DNA from: an uncultured delta proteobacterium
GTDB lineage: Bacteria; Desulfobacterota; Binatia; UBA9968
NCBI GenBank assembly: GCA_963804165.1
Contig: CAWDPO010000016.1
Location: 96,001 to 160,000 of the forward strand
DNA: 64,000 nt
Direction: 5' to 3'
In this document: positions 10,356 to 20,092 of the stretch, in pieces
Numbering within the stretch: the first letter of the stretch is position 1
How the letters are laid out: each line of letters starts with the position of its first letter
Translations under genes and position numbers: made by a program
The notes under the pieces: model-generated
Databases searched by the model: none
Told to the model about the DNA's origin: nothing
Seen by the model: the letters and a program-made list of their open reading frames with translations, nothing else

Positions 10356-10780
10356 TTGCCATCTCCGAGCTTCCGAGTTTGAATGCGGCGCTGAATAGTC
10401 TCAGCGCCGTTTTTCTTTTTGCCGGATTTCTCTTCATCAAGTCGGGCAACCAAAATGCCCATCGAAACTGCATGTTGACGGCATTCGCCTGCTCGATATT
10501 GTTTCTGACTTCCTATCTCGTCTATCACTATCACGTCGGCTCCGTGCCCTTTAAGGGTCAGGGTTGGATTCGCCCCGTCTATTTCACGATTCTCCTGACC
10601 CATACGATCCTCGCGGTCACCGTGGTGCCGCTGGCGCTCATCACGTTGCGCCGCGCCTGGCGGCAAAACTTCGTCGCGCACCGGCGCATCGCGCGCTGGA
10701 CGTTGCCGATCTGGCTGTACGTTTCCGTCACCGGCGTGATCGTCTATTGGATGCTTTATTGGTTGGTGCCGTCCCATTGA
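10352..10780 (+). CDS. DUF420 (CtaM-like) oxidase assembly membrane protein
   Basis: LPSLNAALN, HRNCM, FLTSYLVYH and HRRIARWTLPIWLYVSVTG; TTG start overlaps the subunit IV stop. Confidence 0.88.
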   Translation: MIAISELPSLNAALNSLSAVFLFAGFLFIKSGNQNAHRNCMLTAFACSILFLTSYLVYHYHVGSVPFKGQGWIRPVYFTILLTHTILAVTVVPLALITLRRAWRQNFVAHRRIARWTLPIWLYVSVTGVIVYWMLYWLVPSH

Positions 10781-10824
10781 CAGCGAAAAAGTCTTCGCGA
10801 TAGATCAGAAGACGTGGAGGGACG

Positions 10825-11625
10825 ATGAAATCCATTGGCATCGTAGGTTGTGGAGCGATCGGCAAGGCGCTGATTCAAGCGGCCGAAAGCGGCAAGCTTT
10901 CGGTGCGCATCGCCGGTATCACCAGCCGGACGGAAAAAAACGCGCGCGAATTTCTCGCAGCATTCAAAAATCCGCCGCCGTATTTGTCGTTGGTCGAACT
11001 GATCACGGGTGCCGATCTGATTGTCGAAGCTGCCGGTGGCGCTGTCGTCCCGGAACTGGCGAAGAAAGTCTTCGCGGCGGGCAAAGATTTGATGGTCATC
11101 AGCGTCGGCGCGCTGCTCGATCATCCCGACATCATGGCCGAATCACGGCGCACCGGCTGCCGCCTGCTTGTTCCTTCCGGAGCGATTGCCGGCCTGGATG
11201 GAATTAAATCTGCTTCCGTCGGTCAGATCACCCATGTGACGCACACAACGAGGAAGCCGCCGCTTGGCCTCGAAGGCGCGCCCTATCTGGTCGAACGCGG
11301 CATTTCGTTGAGCGGGTTGCAGGAGGAAAGAGAACTTTTCTCCGGTTCGGCGCGCGAGGCCTGCCGGGGTTTTCCGGCAAACGTGAATGTGACGGGAGCG
11401 GTCAGCTTGGCCGGCATTGGCCCGGATCAAACTCGCGTGCGAATATTTGCTGTGCCGGGGCTGACCCGCAATTGCCACGACATCGAAGTGGAAGGCGAGT
11501 TCGGCCGCCTGCATGTGCACATCGAGAACGTGCCCAGCGAAAACCCGAAGACCGGCAAGCTCACGGCATTGTCGATCATTCGCGCGGTTCAGGATGCCGT
11601 CGATACCGTGCGCATAGGAAATTAG
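10825..11625 (+). CDS. nadX: L-aspartate dehydrogenase
   Basis: GIVGCGAIG, VEAA, SVGAL, PSGAIAGLD, TRKPP, FPANVNV, HDIEVEGEFG and ENPKT. Confidence 0.9.
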   Translation: MKSIGIVGCGAIGKALIQAAESGKLSVRIAGITSRTEKNAREFLAAFKNPPPYLSLVELITGADLIVEAAGGAVVPELAKKVFAAGKDLMVISVGALLDHPDIMAESRRTGCRLLVPSGAIAGLDGIKSASVGQITHVTHTTRKPPLGLEGAPYLVERGISLSGLQEERELFSGSAREACRGFPANVNVTGAVSLAGIGPDQTRVRIFAVPGLTRNCHDIEVEGEFGRLHVHIENVPSENPKTGKLTALSIIRAVQDAVDTVRIGN

Positions 11626-11745
11626 AGGATCGAGGATGGAGAATTGAATATCGCGATTCGCTGTCCGTCATCTTCTAGCCTCGATTGGAATTGCGGAGAT
11701 CTCTCGCGCCAAGGCGCTAAACACGCCAAGTATAAAATCTAAGCT

Positions 11746-13341
11746 ATGAACAATAGCGACCTCATCGTTCGCGCGCTCGAGCGCGCGGGTGTGCGCTGGG
11801 TTTTCGGTGTGCCGAGTGGGCCGGTGCTCCCGCTGATCGAGGCGCTCAGGCAGAGTTCTATCGAGTTCGTTCTTACCGCCAGTGAAACATCGGCTGGCTT
11901 CATGGCTACGGCGGTGGGCTATCTTAGCGGAATCCCGGGCGTGTGCGTATCGACTGTTGGGCCCGGCGCAACCAATCTTACGACAGGCGTCGGCTGCGCC
12001 TGGTTAGACCGCGCGCCCGTGCTGGCGATCACTTGTAACGTCGCGACGCCGTGGCTCGGGCGGCGGATCCAAATGCGCGTCGACCATCATGCGCTGTTCA
12101 AACCTCTGACCAAAGCGACTTGGTCGTTTCAAGGCAATGCCGTCGATGAAACTGTCGCAAGAGCGATCGACCTTGCTTGCCAGGAGCCGCCCGGCCCAGT
12201 GCATCTCGATCTGCCTGAAGATGTCGCGCTGTCTGTCAAAACCGATTCGCCGACGCCATCGAGATCGGCAAGTCGTGTTGCGGACATGTCTGGCGAGATC
12301 GTGAAGACGTTGACCGAAAGGCTGGCGCATTCGCGCCGCCCGCTATTGGTCACCGGCTTGACCTTCACGCGCATTCGCGCGCCTCATGAAGTGCTCAAGT
12401 TTATCGAAAATCAATCGTTGCCGTTCGTGACCACGATGCACGCCAAGGGATTTCTTCCGGAAAATCATTCTCACTGGGCCGGTGTCATCGGCCGGGCGCG
12501 CCGCTCCGACGTGAAGCGGTTCACCGACCGAGCGGATCTGATCATCGCCGTGGGTTACGATCCGATCGAGATCAATTATGAGGACTGGGCTCGGAACATT
12601 CCCATCGTCCATATCAACACGGAAGCTGCCGAGCCGGGGGAAGATCTGAAATTTCTTTGGAACAAGCCCTGTGATCTCGATGCCGCGATTGAAGCGATCG
12701 GCGCAATCAAGGGTTGCGTCAACGACTGGTCGGCTCAGGAGTGGCAGGAACATCGCTCGTCGTTGGATAAGGCGTTGCGGCCGGGTGGCAGCGGATTCTC
12801 CGCACACCACGTCCTAGATGCCTTGCGTGCCAAACTGGCGGCGGACGGAATACTCGCTTACGACGTCGGCGCGCACACCCATCAAATCGCCTCTCAATGG
12901 CGCACTGATGTGCCGCGTACGCTGTTGGCGACCAATGGTTGGTCGTCGATGGGCTATGGCATGCCCGCGGCTTACGCGGCGAAGCTGGTTCATCCGGAGC
13001 GCGCGGTCGTCGCGATCGTCGGCGATGGCGGTTTTCAAATGACCGCGGGCGAACTGGCGCTGGCGCGGCGGCTGAATTTGGCGGTGCCGCTGATCGTGCT
13101 TAACGACGGCTGGCTCGGTCTCATGAAGGTAAAGCAGGAGCGAAAAAACTATGCTCTTTCCGGCGTTCGCCTCGGCGCACCAGCCGAATCGCCGGCGCAT
13201 TATTTCGGCGTCCCATGCCGGCCTGCGAAAAACCTCGGCCAATTCGGTGCCGCGCTCGACTGGGCGCTCACGATCAGCGGGCCGACTGTCATCGAAGCGT
13301 TCATCGACGCAGCCGCCTATTCCGCGACGGTCTTTGATTGA
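11746..13341 (+). CDS. Thiamine pyrophosphate-binding enzyme (acetolactate synthase large-subunit-like)
   Basis: VFGVPSG, SETSAGFMA, STVGPGATN, GPVHLDLPED, SMGYGMP and GDGGFQM...NDG. Confidence 0.88.
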   Translation: MNNSDLIVRALERAGVRWVFGVPSGPVLPLIEALRQSSIEFVLTASETSAGFMATAVGYLSGIPGVCVSTVGPGATNLTTGVGCAWLDRAPVLAITCNVATPWLGRRIQMRVDHHALFKPLTKATWSFQGNAVDETVARAIDLACQEPPGPVHLDLPEDVALSVKTDSPTPSRSASRVADMSGEIVKTLTERLAHSRRPLLVTGLTFTRIRAPHEVLKFIENQSLPFVTTMHAKGFLPENHSHWAGVIGRARRSDVKRFTDRADLIIAVGYDPIEINYEDWARNIPIVHINTEAAEPGEDLKFLWNKPCDLDAAIEAIGAIKGCVNDWSAQEWQEHRSSLDKALRPGGSGFSAHHVLDALRAKLAADGILAYDVGAHTHQIASQWRTDVPRTLLATNGWSSMGYGMPAAYAAKLVHPERAVVAIVGDGGFQMTAGELALARRLNLAVPLIVLNDGWLGLMKVKQERKNYALSGVRLGAPAESPAHYFGVPCRPAKNLGQFGAALDWALTISGPTVIEAFIDAAAYSATVFD

Positions 13342-13356
13342 GCAACGTGGCTTTCC

Positions 13357-14578
13357 ATGTCCGATTTCATCGCGCAGCGCGATCCCTTCCGCTGGACGAT
13401 TCTCGCGCTGATCAGCGCATCGCATATCGTCGGCGCGTCGGCGCAATACGGCATCAACACGCTCGCGCCATTTTATCAAGATGAGCTACAGCTATCGCGC
13501 GCGCAAGTCGGCCTTTTCTTCTCCTCCTTCTACCTGGCAATGACCGGCGCGTCTTTCGCCACCGGCTGGCTCGCCGATCGCTTTGGTGTGCGCAAGACGA
13601 CGCTGCAGGGACATTTGCTCGTGGGCCTATGCATTACTGCGGCGGCGCTGGCGCCGTCGTTCGCGACCGCCTGCGCATGTTTTTTCTTGGCCGGCTTGGG
13701 CTACAGCTTTCTCAACCCGGCGTCGACCATCGGAGTCATGGCCTGGTTCCGCCGCGACGAGCGCGCCACCGCGATGGGTATAAAACAAACGGGAGTTCCC
13801 GCGGGGGGCGTCGTGGCGGCGGTATTGGCGCCTTCGCTCGTGCTCGTGATCGGTTGGCGCGGCGCGTTGGCCGCGCTCGGGATCATCAATTTTTTCTTTG
13901 GTTTCTGTTTTCTCGTCGCTGTGGCGCGATCCGGCGGGCGACGGTGGCGATGCGGTGAAAGCTGCGGCGCCGGCTGCCAGCGGTCAAGATGCTTTGAACA
14001 TTTGGCGGCTGCTGCCGGTGAGCTGCGCCACCGCGCTCTATCTGGCTGGGCAGATAATCTTGATCACCTATGTTCCGCTTTTCTTGAAAGACGCCATGAG
14101 TATTTCGCCGTATTGGGCCAGCCAGGCGCTCGCCTTGACACAAGCGGGCGCAATGGCAGGGCGAGTCGGGTGGGGTGTCGCCAGTGATCGCCTATTCGGC
14201 GGCCGGCGCAAAATCGTCTTGATATTAATCGGTGTGATGTCGGTCCTGCTGATTACCGCGCTGAGCTTCATGGGGCGAGACTCGTCGACCTATTTGCTGC
14301 TACCGGTCCTCTTTCTCGCCGGCGTGTCGCTGGTCGGGTATCAGGGCGTCTCCTACGCGTTGATCGGCGAGATCTCCGGGAAATCGCGAACCGGCGCCGG
14401 CCTCGGCATGATGATTACGATCAATGCCGGCGCCGCGACTCTGTGCACGCCGGTTTTCGGATATATTGTTGATCGCACGGGCTCATACGTAGTGGCCTGG
14501 CAGATGCTCGCCGGCGTCTTGACGGTGGGGATTTTAGGGCTAGCTATCTTGCTCAAGGAGCCGAAGCAGGTTTCTTAG
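13357..14578 (+). CDS. MFS transporter; one frameshift at ~13900
   Basis: GWLADRFGVRK and GVASDRLFGGRRK motif A copies lie in two frames joined at a T-rich tract. Confidence 0.85.
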
Positions 14579-14658
14579 CTGTGTTGTAACGCATGAGGGG
14601 CGACGGTGCGCACCCAACGTGATCAGTTGGATACCATTGGGGAACGCAGGGTACGACA

Positions 14659-14955
14659 TTACCACCGCACAATGTCGTAGGTTTTCACCTCTGTTTTTGA
14701 CCCTTTTAGCAACGCGTGCAAATGTTGCTGTATCGCTTTATGCGCCAATCCCGCTCGATAACCATCAATGTCCGCCTGATTCGTCCAAGTGCTGAGCGAG
14801 ACAAATTCGCCGGCGTTATCGCGATTTCGTATGAGCTGTTCACTGATGCAGCCCGGTTGACTCATCATGTGCGGCGCGCATTCATTTATCCATAACCGTT
14901 CGGCTTCCGCGGCCATTTCCACAGGTACGTTGACCAAAACCATCCGCATGATCAT
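14659..14955 (-). CDS. Antibiotic biosynthesis monooxygenase (ABM) family protein
   Basis: 98 aa; QPGCISEQL...FVSLSTW...YRAGLAH pattern; RBS GGAGG upstream. Confidence 0.75.
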   Translation of the reverse strand: MIMRMVLVNVPVEMAAEAERLWINECAPHMMSQPGCISEQLIRNRDNAGEFVSLSTWTNQADIDGYRAGLAHKAIQQHLHALLKGSKTEVKTYDIVRW

Positions 14956-15396
14956 AGGGCACCTCCCACCGCTTATGGTTGGCGCCGGCTGTCAGATCTA
15001 GGCGTCCCTCCTGATCAGTTGTCTAGGCGAATTTCTTAGGGCAACTCCTTTGCTCGCGCACGCTTGTCTACATCCCGAACGCGCAAGATCGAGGCCAATT
15101 GCATATCAGTTCGGTGAGGCGGCCGATATCGAAGAGCCTCCTCACAAACTCAAAACGCGTCGTGACACAAACCTTAGGAAAATCTGGGCGACCCATTTTG
15201 CGCAGAATGAAGACGATGGCCATTGACCGTGTCACCACGGCACAGGGACTACGCGGCGGCCCGCTGGTTGGAGGAAATATACGTCCGGACTAAGGAGACT
15301 TCCTACAAGAGAAGAGGCACGCGCCGGGCGCGCTCGCGTAAGCGAAAAAATCGATAGCTGTGGACCTGCGCTCGGTCGCGGATCGTTGGCAGGTGT

Positions 15397-16336
15397 GCCG
15401 CGCTTTCGATCACCGAGCGTGAGCTGCTGCCGGCTTTGGAACGGCTGCGCGCCGCGCTCGTGCGCAAGGCGGAGGAATTCGACGGCGTGATCAAGATCGG
15501 CCGCACGCACCTGGCCGATGCGACGCCGATGCGTTTGGGTCAGAATTCGGCGGCTACGCGCGTCAAATCGAGTTGAGCATCGAGCGCGTCGGGGACTTGC
15601 GGCAAAGGCTTGCAAGAGCTACCCCTCGGTGGCACGGCCATCGGTACCGGCATCAACGCGCATCCGCAATTCGCCGCACGAGCGATTGCCAAAATTTCTC
15701 AATTACTCGGGTTGCCGTTTCGCGAAGCGCAGAAGCCCAGGGGGCCCGCGACGCTGCCGTGCACATGAGCGCTAGTCTGAAATCGCTGGTCGTCAGCTTG
15801 ATCAAGATCGCCAATGATCTGCGCTGGCTCGCCTCTGGGCCGCGCTGCGGCATCGGCGAGATTCATCTTCCCGACACGCAGCCGGTGTCTTCCATCATGC
15901 CCGGGAAAGTTAACCCGGTGCTGTGCGAGTCGGTGCTTCAGGTGGCGGCGCACGTTATCGGTTGTGATGCGACGATTACTTTCTGCGGCCAAGCCGGCAA
16001 TTTCGAATTGAATACTATGATGCCGGTGCTGGCCTTGCGCCTGATCGAAGCAATTCAATTCAGCGCCAACGTCGTCAACGCATTCACCGAAAAATGCGTT
16101 ATCGGGTCGTCGCCGATCGAGCACGTTGTGAAGCGATGGTCGAGCAGAGCTTGGCCATGGTGACGGCCCTTGCACCGGCGATCGGATACGAAAAGGCCGC
16201 CAAGATCGCGCAGAAAGCGATGGCAACCGGTCAAACCATCAGAGAATTGGCGCGAGGGGAGAAAGTGCTCGATGATCAAGAGCTAGAGAGGATTCTCGAT
16301 CCCTGGCGTATGACCAAACCGGGGATCCCGGATTAA
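15397..16336 (+). pseudogene. fumC: 5'-truncated, frameshifted class II fumarate hydratase
   Basis: [51 protein letters not shown] and IGYEKAAKIA. The N-terminal third is absent and there is an internal microdeletion. Confidence 0.85.
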
Positions 16337-16595
16337 GTTAGGCTCGCCGAACCCGAGCTTAAAATTTCAGGGAAGTTTCTCGACCGGCTTCAGAGCATGG
16401 AATTGATTACATCTCGTGCGCGATTGGGCCCACGGAGTTTTGCCCCTGAAGCGTACAGGGTATAGAAAACCGGGTTAAGCGCAATTACAGTCTCCCCGGG
16501 GATCTCATCCCACATTTTTGCTTCACACGCCGGTGCTGGCCTTTGGTGGGATTGGTAGCTGGCATCCTCAAACCGCAGAAGGGAAAATCCATACA

Positions 16596-16614
16596 TGTCC
16601 GGAAAAGTCCTACA
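16596..16614 (+). promoter_or_regulatory. Candidate enhancer (bEBP) site, GlrR-like TGTC...TACA
   Basis: TGTCCGGAAAAGTCCTACA, ~75 bp upstream of a -24/-12 element; one base longer than the GlrR TGTC-N10-GACA spacing. Confidence 0.35.
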
Positions 16615-16688
16615 AGACATTTCGGCTATATTTCACTGTCGACTTTGACTGCTTCGTAAAAACAATGGATTACGGTACCTTGCCCGCT

Positions 16689-16704
16689 TGGCACACGCCT
16701 TGAT
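16689..16704 (+). promoter_or_regulatory. Candidate sigma54 -24/-12 promoter
   Basis: TGGCAC-ACGCC-TTGAT (GG-N10-GA variant), upstream of 16895 and the bEBP gene. Confidence 0.45.
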
Positions 16705-16894
16705 TACACCTTAAGTATTATCGAAACTTCGTCATGCCCCGAGAGGGAAGTGGGCATGAAGAAGTATTTTACATTCACTTGCTGGCGAACGTAGCCTGCA
16801 GACGTTGTTAGTTGATCGGTCGTGCCCCGAGGCCGCCTTGGGTTAGTCGGTGTTGCACTGGATAATGAATCCTCACACGCTCTAAGGGGGTGCC

Positions 16895-17125
16895 ATGAAG
16901 AACCTAGCTACAATATTGGGAGTTGCGCTTATTATTCTTGGTGTCGTGGCGCTCGCTTACCGGGGTATCACCTATACGGAGCGCGAGAAAATCGTCGACA
17001 TAGGTCCCCTCCAAGCCACTGCAGATCGAGAAAAAACCATTCCGTTGCCGCCCGTCTTGGGAGGATTATCTCTCGTCGGCGGCATCGCACTAGTGATTGT
17101 CGGAACGCTCAAGTCTCGCTCTTGA
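16895..17125 (+). CDS. Small two-TM membrane protein (DUF3185-like)
   Basis: TM-GITYTEREKIVDIGPLQATADREKTIPLPP-TM; RBS AAGGGG. Confidence 0.8.
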   Translation: MKNLATILGVALIILGVVALAYRGITYTEREKIVDIGPLQATADREKTIPLPPVLGGLSLVGGIALVIVGTLKSRS

Positions 17126-17337
17126 GGCGCGGAGACGTCATTGAACGGATCTTGAGAGGTCCTCGATAACATTCGCGATGTTTTATCGTCAACTATGAAA
17201 AGGATCCGCGATCGTTCCTTAGCTACGCCAAGTGCCCAATTGTCGAACTGCGCGCGGTTTGGTTCTTCCGTCGAAGCTGCTTCAGCGCTGCTTGGACGCG
17301 GAGAGCCAGAAAGCAAAAAAAATCACGGAGAAATCGT

Positions 17338-18750
17338 ATGACGGCACCGAAAATTCTTGTTGTAGACGACGATAAAAACCTCCTCGAACTCGCGAAAACC
17401 AAATTAAATGCGGCCAATTATGGCGTCACCGTGGTTCTCGGTCATGAAGAGGCCATCGATGCCGCGAATGCTCAGAGCTTCGATTTAGCTATTGTCGACT
17501 GGCGCCTTGCCGATCTGGACGGCGTGACGTTGATGGAAAAGTTACATGCGGTCAATCCTGGAATGCCGGTCATTATTCTCACCGGCCACGCAAGCGTCGA
17601 GGGCGCGGTCGAGGCGATGAAAAGAGGCGCATCCACCTATCTCACAAAGCCCTTCGATCCCCGCGAGCTGATTCTGCAAATCGACAGAGCCCTGGAAAGC
17701 TGCAAACTGGCCACCGAGAACCAAAGGCTCAGGGGCTTATTAAAGGAAAAGTACGATTTCGCCAACATCGTGGCCAAGAGCGACAAGATGCAGCGTGTGC
17801 TGGAGGCGGTTTCGCGCATCGCCAAAACAGATTCGACGGTCTATATCCACGGAGAAAGCGGCACCGGTAAAGAAATGATCGCCAAGGCGATTCACCTCGC
17901 GAGCCCGCGGAAAGATAGACCCTTCGTGGCGATCAATTGTGCAGCCATCCCGGAAACGTTGCTGGAAAGCGAACTTTTCGGCCATGAAAAGGGTGCTTTT
18001 ACCGGCGCTGTCCGGAGCACTAAAGGACTATTTACCCAAGCCAACGAAGGCACGCTCTTCTTAGATGAGATCGGTGATATGCCTCTCTCGATCCAAGTGA
18101 AGCTGCTTCGGGCCCTGGAGGAGCGGCAGTTTTATCCGGTGGGCGGCGAAAAGCCGGTGCAAGTTGATGTCAGAGTCGTCGTTGCAACTAAAAAAGATTT
18201 GGTGGACGAAGTCAAAAAAGGATTATTCCGTGAAGATCTATTTTACCGGATCCACGTCATCCCCATTATCCTTCCTGCGCTGAAGGATCGGATCGAGGAT
18301 GTTCCTTATTTGGTCGATCATCTCTTGAAGAAGATCTGTCAACAAATGAAAAGAGACGTCAAGGGAGTTACACCCAAGGCCATGGAAAAACTGATGCAAC
18401 ACGACTGGCCGGGCAACGTGAGAGAGCTCGAAAATACTCTCGAATACGCCGTAACCATGACCCAGCGCGACGTCGTGACGGACGATCTCGTTCTGCAAAC
18501 AAAACTTGCCGTCAGCGCCGTCGCGGCGGAAGATCCGCTTCAATCTCAGCTCTTGCCAACGGACGGATCGTTCAAGACGTTGAAAGAAGCCAGGTCAGAG
18601 TTCGAGAAAGCCTATCTGGTTCGTCTCCTGCATACGTGCAACGGCAAAGCTACGCGAGCGGCGGAAATCGCCGGAAAGTATCGCGCCGATTTTTACGACC
18701 TGTTAAAAAAGCACGACATTAAGTTGGCTGAGTTTAAGCGATTCAATTAA
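17338..18750 (+). CDS. Sigma54-dependent response regulator (NtrC family, GlrR-like)
   Basis: REC domain (VVDDD, DWRL, TGH, KPF), [31 protein letters not shown] and C-terminal RADFYDLLKKH. Confidence 0.93.
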   Translation: MTAPKILVVDDDKNLLELAKTKLNAANYGVTVVLGHEEAIDAANAQSFDLAIVDWRLADLDGVTLMEKLHAVNPGMPVIILTGHASVEGAVEAMKRGASTYLTKPFDPRELILQIDRALESCKLATENQRLRGLLKEKYDFANIVAKSDKMQRVLEAVSRIAKTDSTVYIHGESGTGKEMIAKAIHLASPRKDRPFVAINCAAIPETLLESELFGHEKGAFTGAVRSTKGLFTQANEGTLFLDEIGDMPLSIQVKLLRALEERQFYPVGGEKPVQVDVRVVVATKKDLVDEVKKGLFREDLFYRIHVIPIILPALKDRIEDVPYLVDHLLKKICQQMKRDVKGVTPKAMEKLMQHDWPGNVRELENTLEYAVTMTQRDVVTDDLVLQTKLAVSAVAAEDPLQSQLLPTDGSFKTLKEARSEFEKAYLVRLLHTCNGKATRAAEIAGKYRADFYDLLKKHDIKLAEFKRFN

Positions 18751-18874
18751 TTTGCGGACAACTTGGCAGCGCACCAGTTTGCATCAGCGGTCAAAAAATT
18801 CCCGTCTTTTGTGCTCGACCTAAATTCACTTCGCTACCGCTAGACCATTGCCGAACGCCTCCTGTTTCTGTTCC

Positions 18875-19526
18875 TTATGCCGTTGGCTTGGTGTCGAGAT
18901 GTCCCAGCCGCTTAAGAGCTTCACGTGCCGGCGCAAACGTAGGGCCTCTCAAGAGCCATATAGTAATAGTGCAACGCTTCGCGTAGATATCGCAGGTCTC
19001 GGAAAGCTCCGCCAGCTGATAATAAGGTTCCGGCCGGGTGAGGTCGCGCATCATGGCGATTTTTAGATAAACTCGCGCTTCGGTGAATGCTTTCCGCTCG
19101 CGCGCCAGCTCGGCCAAGTGGAGAAGGTCATCGACGGTTCCGCTCATGCCGATTTTCTGTCGCTCAAGAATCTCTTGGCAGAGAAGCTGAATAGCCTTGG
19201 GATCGAATGGCTTCTCGATGAAGTCTACGGCTCCGAGCTTTATGGCCTCCACAGCTCTTTTGACGGTCCCATAGGCGGTCAGCATGACCACCGGCATCCT
19301 GGGTTTAAGACCTCGTAGATAGCGAAGTAATTCCAAGCCATCCATCTTCGCCATCTGGATATCCGCGAAGACGATATCGTAGAGACCTTCTTTAACGCGG
19401 ATAACAGCATCATCGCCGTTACTGACCGTATCTACCTTGACCTTCTGCCTCGAGCACCATACCGAGATTATTACGAATGTTGCGCTCGTCATCGACAACC
19501 AGTATGTGCACCTGCGATTGAGTCAT
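18875..19526 (-). CDS. Response regulator: REC plus TPR-like C-terminus; frameshifted
   Basis: MTQSQVHILVVDDERNIR from 19526 joins by frameshift to FADIQMAKMDG...LTAYG...EKPF; TPR-like EARVYLKIAMMRDLTRPEPYYQLAEL. Confidence 0.8.
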
Positions 19527-19659
19527 CGGATTGTTCCTCTCTTCGTTGCCGGACGAGATCGCGATTATTTATAAAAACCGCATAAAAGTGCCATGCCACG
19601 CATGTCGATCTGTCGACTGCAGTTCACGAAATTGCTGCGATTGCGGCGCACTTCTGCTA

Positions 19660-19730
19660 TTGCTCTTGCAACCGGCCGCCGCTCGCCGCTTGCAACTTGC
19701 AAATGTCGACCACTTGTCTTGCAAATGCAA
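19660..19730. promoter_or_regulatory. Three phased TTGCA-N2/3-TGCAA palindromes (candidate upstream activating sequences)
   Basis: TTGCTCTTGCAA at 19660, TTGCAACTTGCAA at 19690 and TTGCAAATGCAA at 19719; spacing 30 and 29 bp. Confidence 0.6.
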
Positions 19731-19781
19731 CCAGCGCTTTGCCTTTCCCGTAAACGAGTGATTTCACGACTTAAGTGAGGC

Positions 19782-19797
19782 TGGCACCGTGCTTGCG
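19782..19797 (+). promoter_or_regulatory. Sigma54 -24/-12 promoter of the kdp operon
   Basis: TGGCAC-CGTGC-TTGCG, exact GG-N10-GC, ~40 bp before the first ATG (RBS AGGAG). Confidence 0.8.
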
Positions 19798-19834
19798 CTA
19801 TCAGCGAGCAAGACTCGACTTTAGGAGCGATCCA

Positions 19835-19919
19835 ATGGCCGACGTTATATTTATCCTGATCACCGTTGTTTTTTTTCATAATTGCTTGGCTCTATGTCCG
19901 GGTCTTGGATCGGCTCTAA
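19835..19919 (+). CDS. 27-aa hydrophobic microprotein upstream of kdpF; one extra T in a T8 run
   Basis: Removing one T gives MADVIFILITVVFFIIAWLYVRVLDRL*. RBS AGGAG; the stop abuts the kdpF RBS. Confidence 0.65.
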
Positions 19920-19929
19920 GGAGGGAATT

Positions 19930-20019
19930 ATGGGGCTGGAATATATTCTCGGCATTATCGTGTCGTTGGCCGTGATGTTGTATTTGCTCTACGCGCTGCT
20001 TTGCCCGGAGAAGTTTTAA
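19930..20019 (+). CDS. kdpF: K+-transporting ATPase subunit F
   Basis: MGLEYILGIIVSLAVMLYLLYALLCPEKF with the YLxYALLxPEKF signature; RBS GGAGG. Confidence 0.92.
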   Translation: MGLEYILGIIVSLAVMLYLLYALLCPEKF

Positions 20020-20092
20020 CCTTAGAGCATCGTAGTTCGCAGCGATGCGAGCCAACGGAAAAATATTGCATATTGAGGAAGTCGGAGATGTC

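Noticed and set aside
15110-15150. GGTGAGGCGGC hairpin faintly resembling the tRNA-Sec D-arm
   Set aside because: No UCA anticodon arm, T-arm or acceptor stem. No selC was found in the window.
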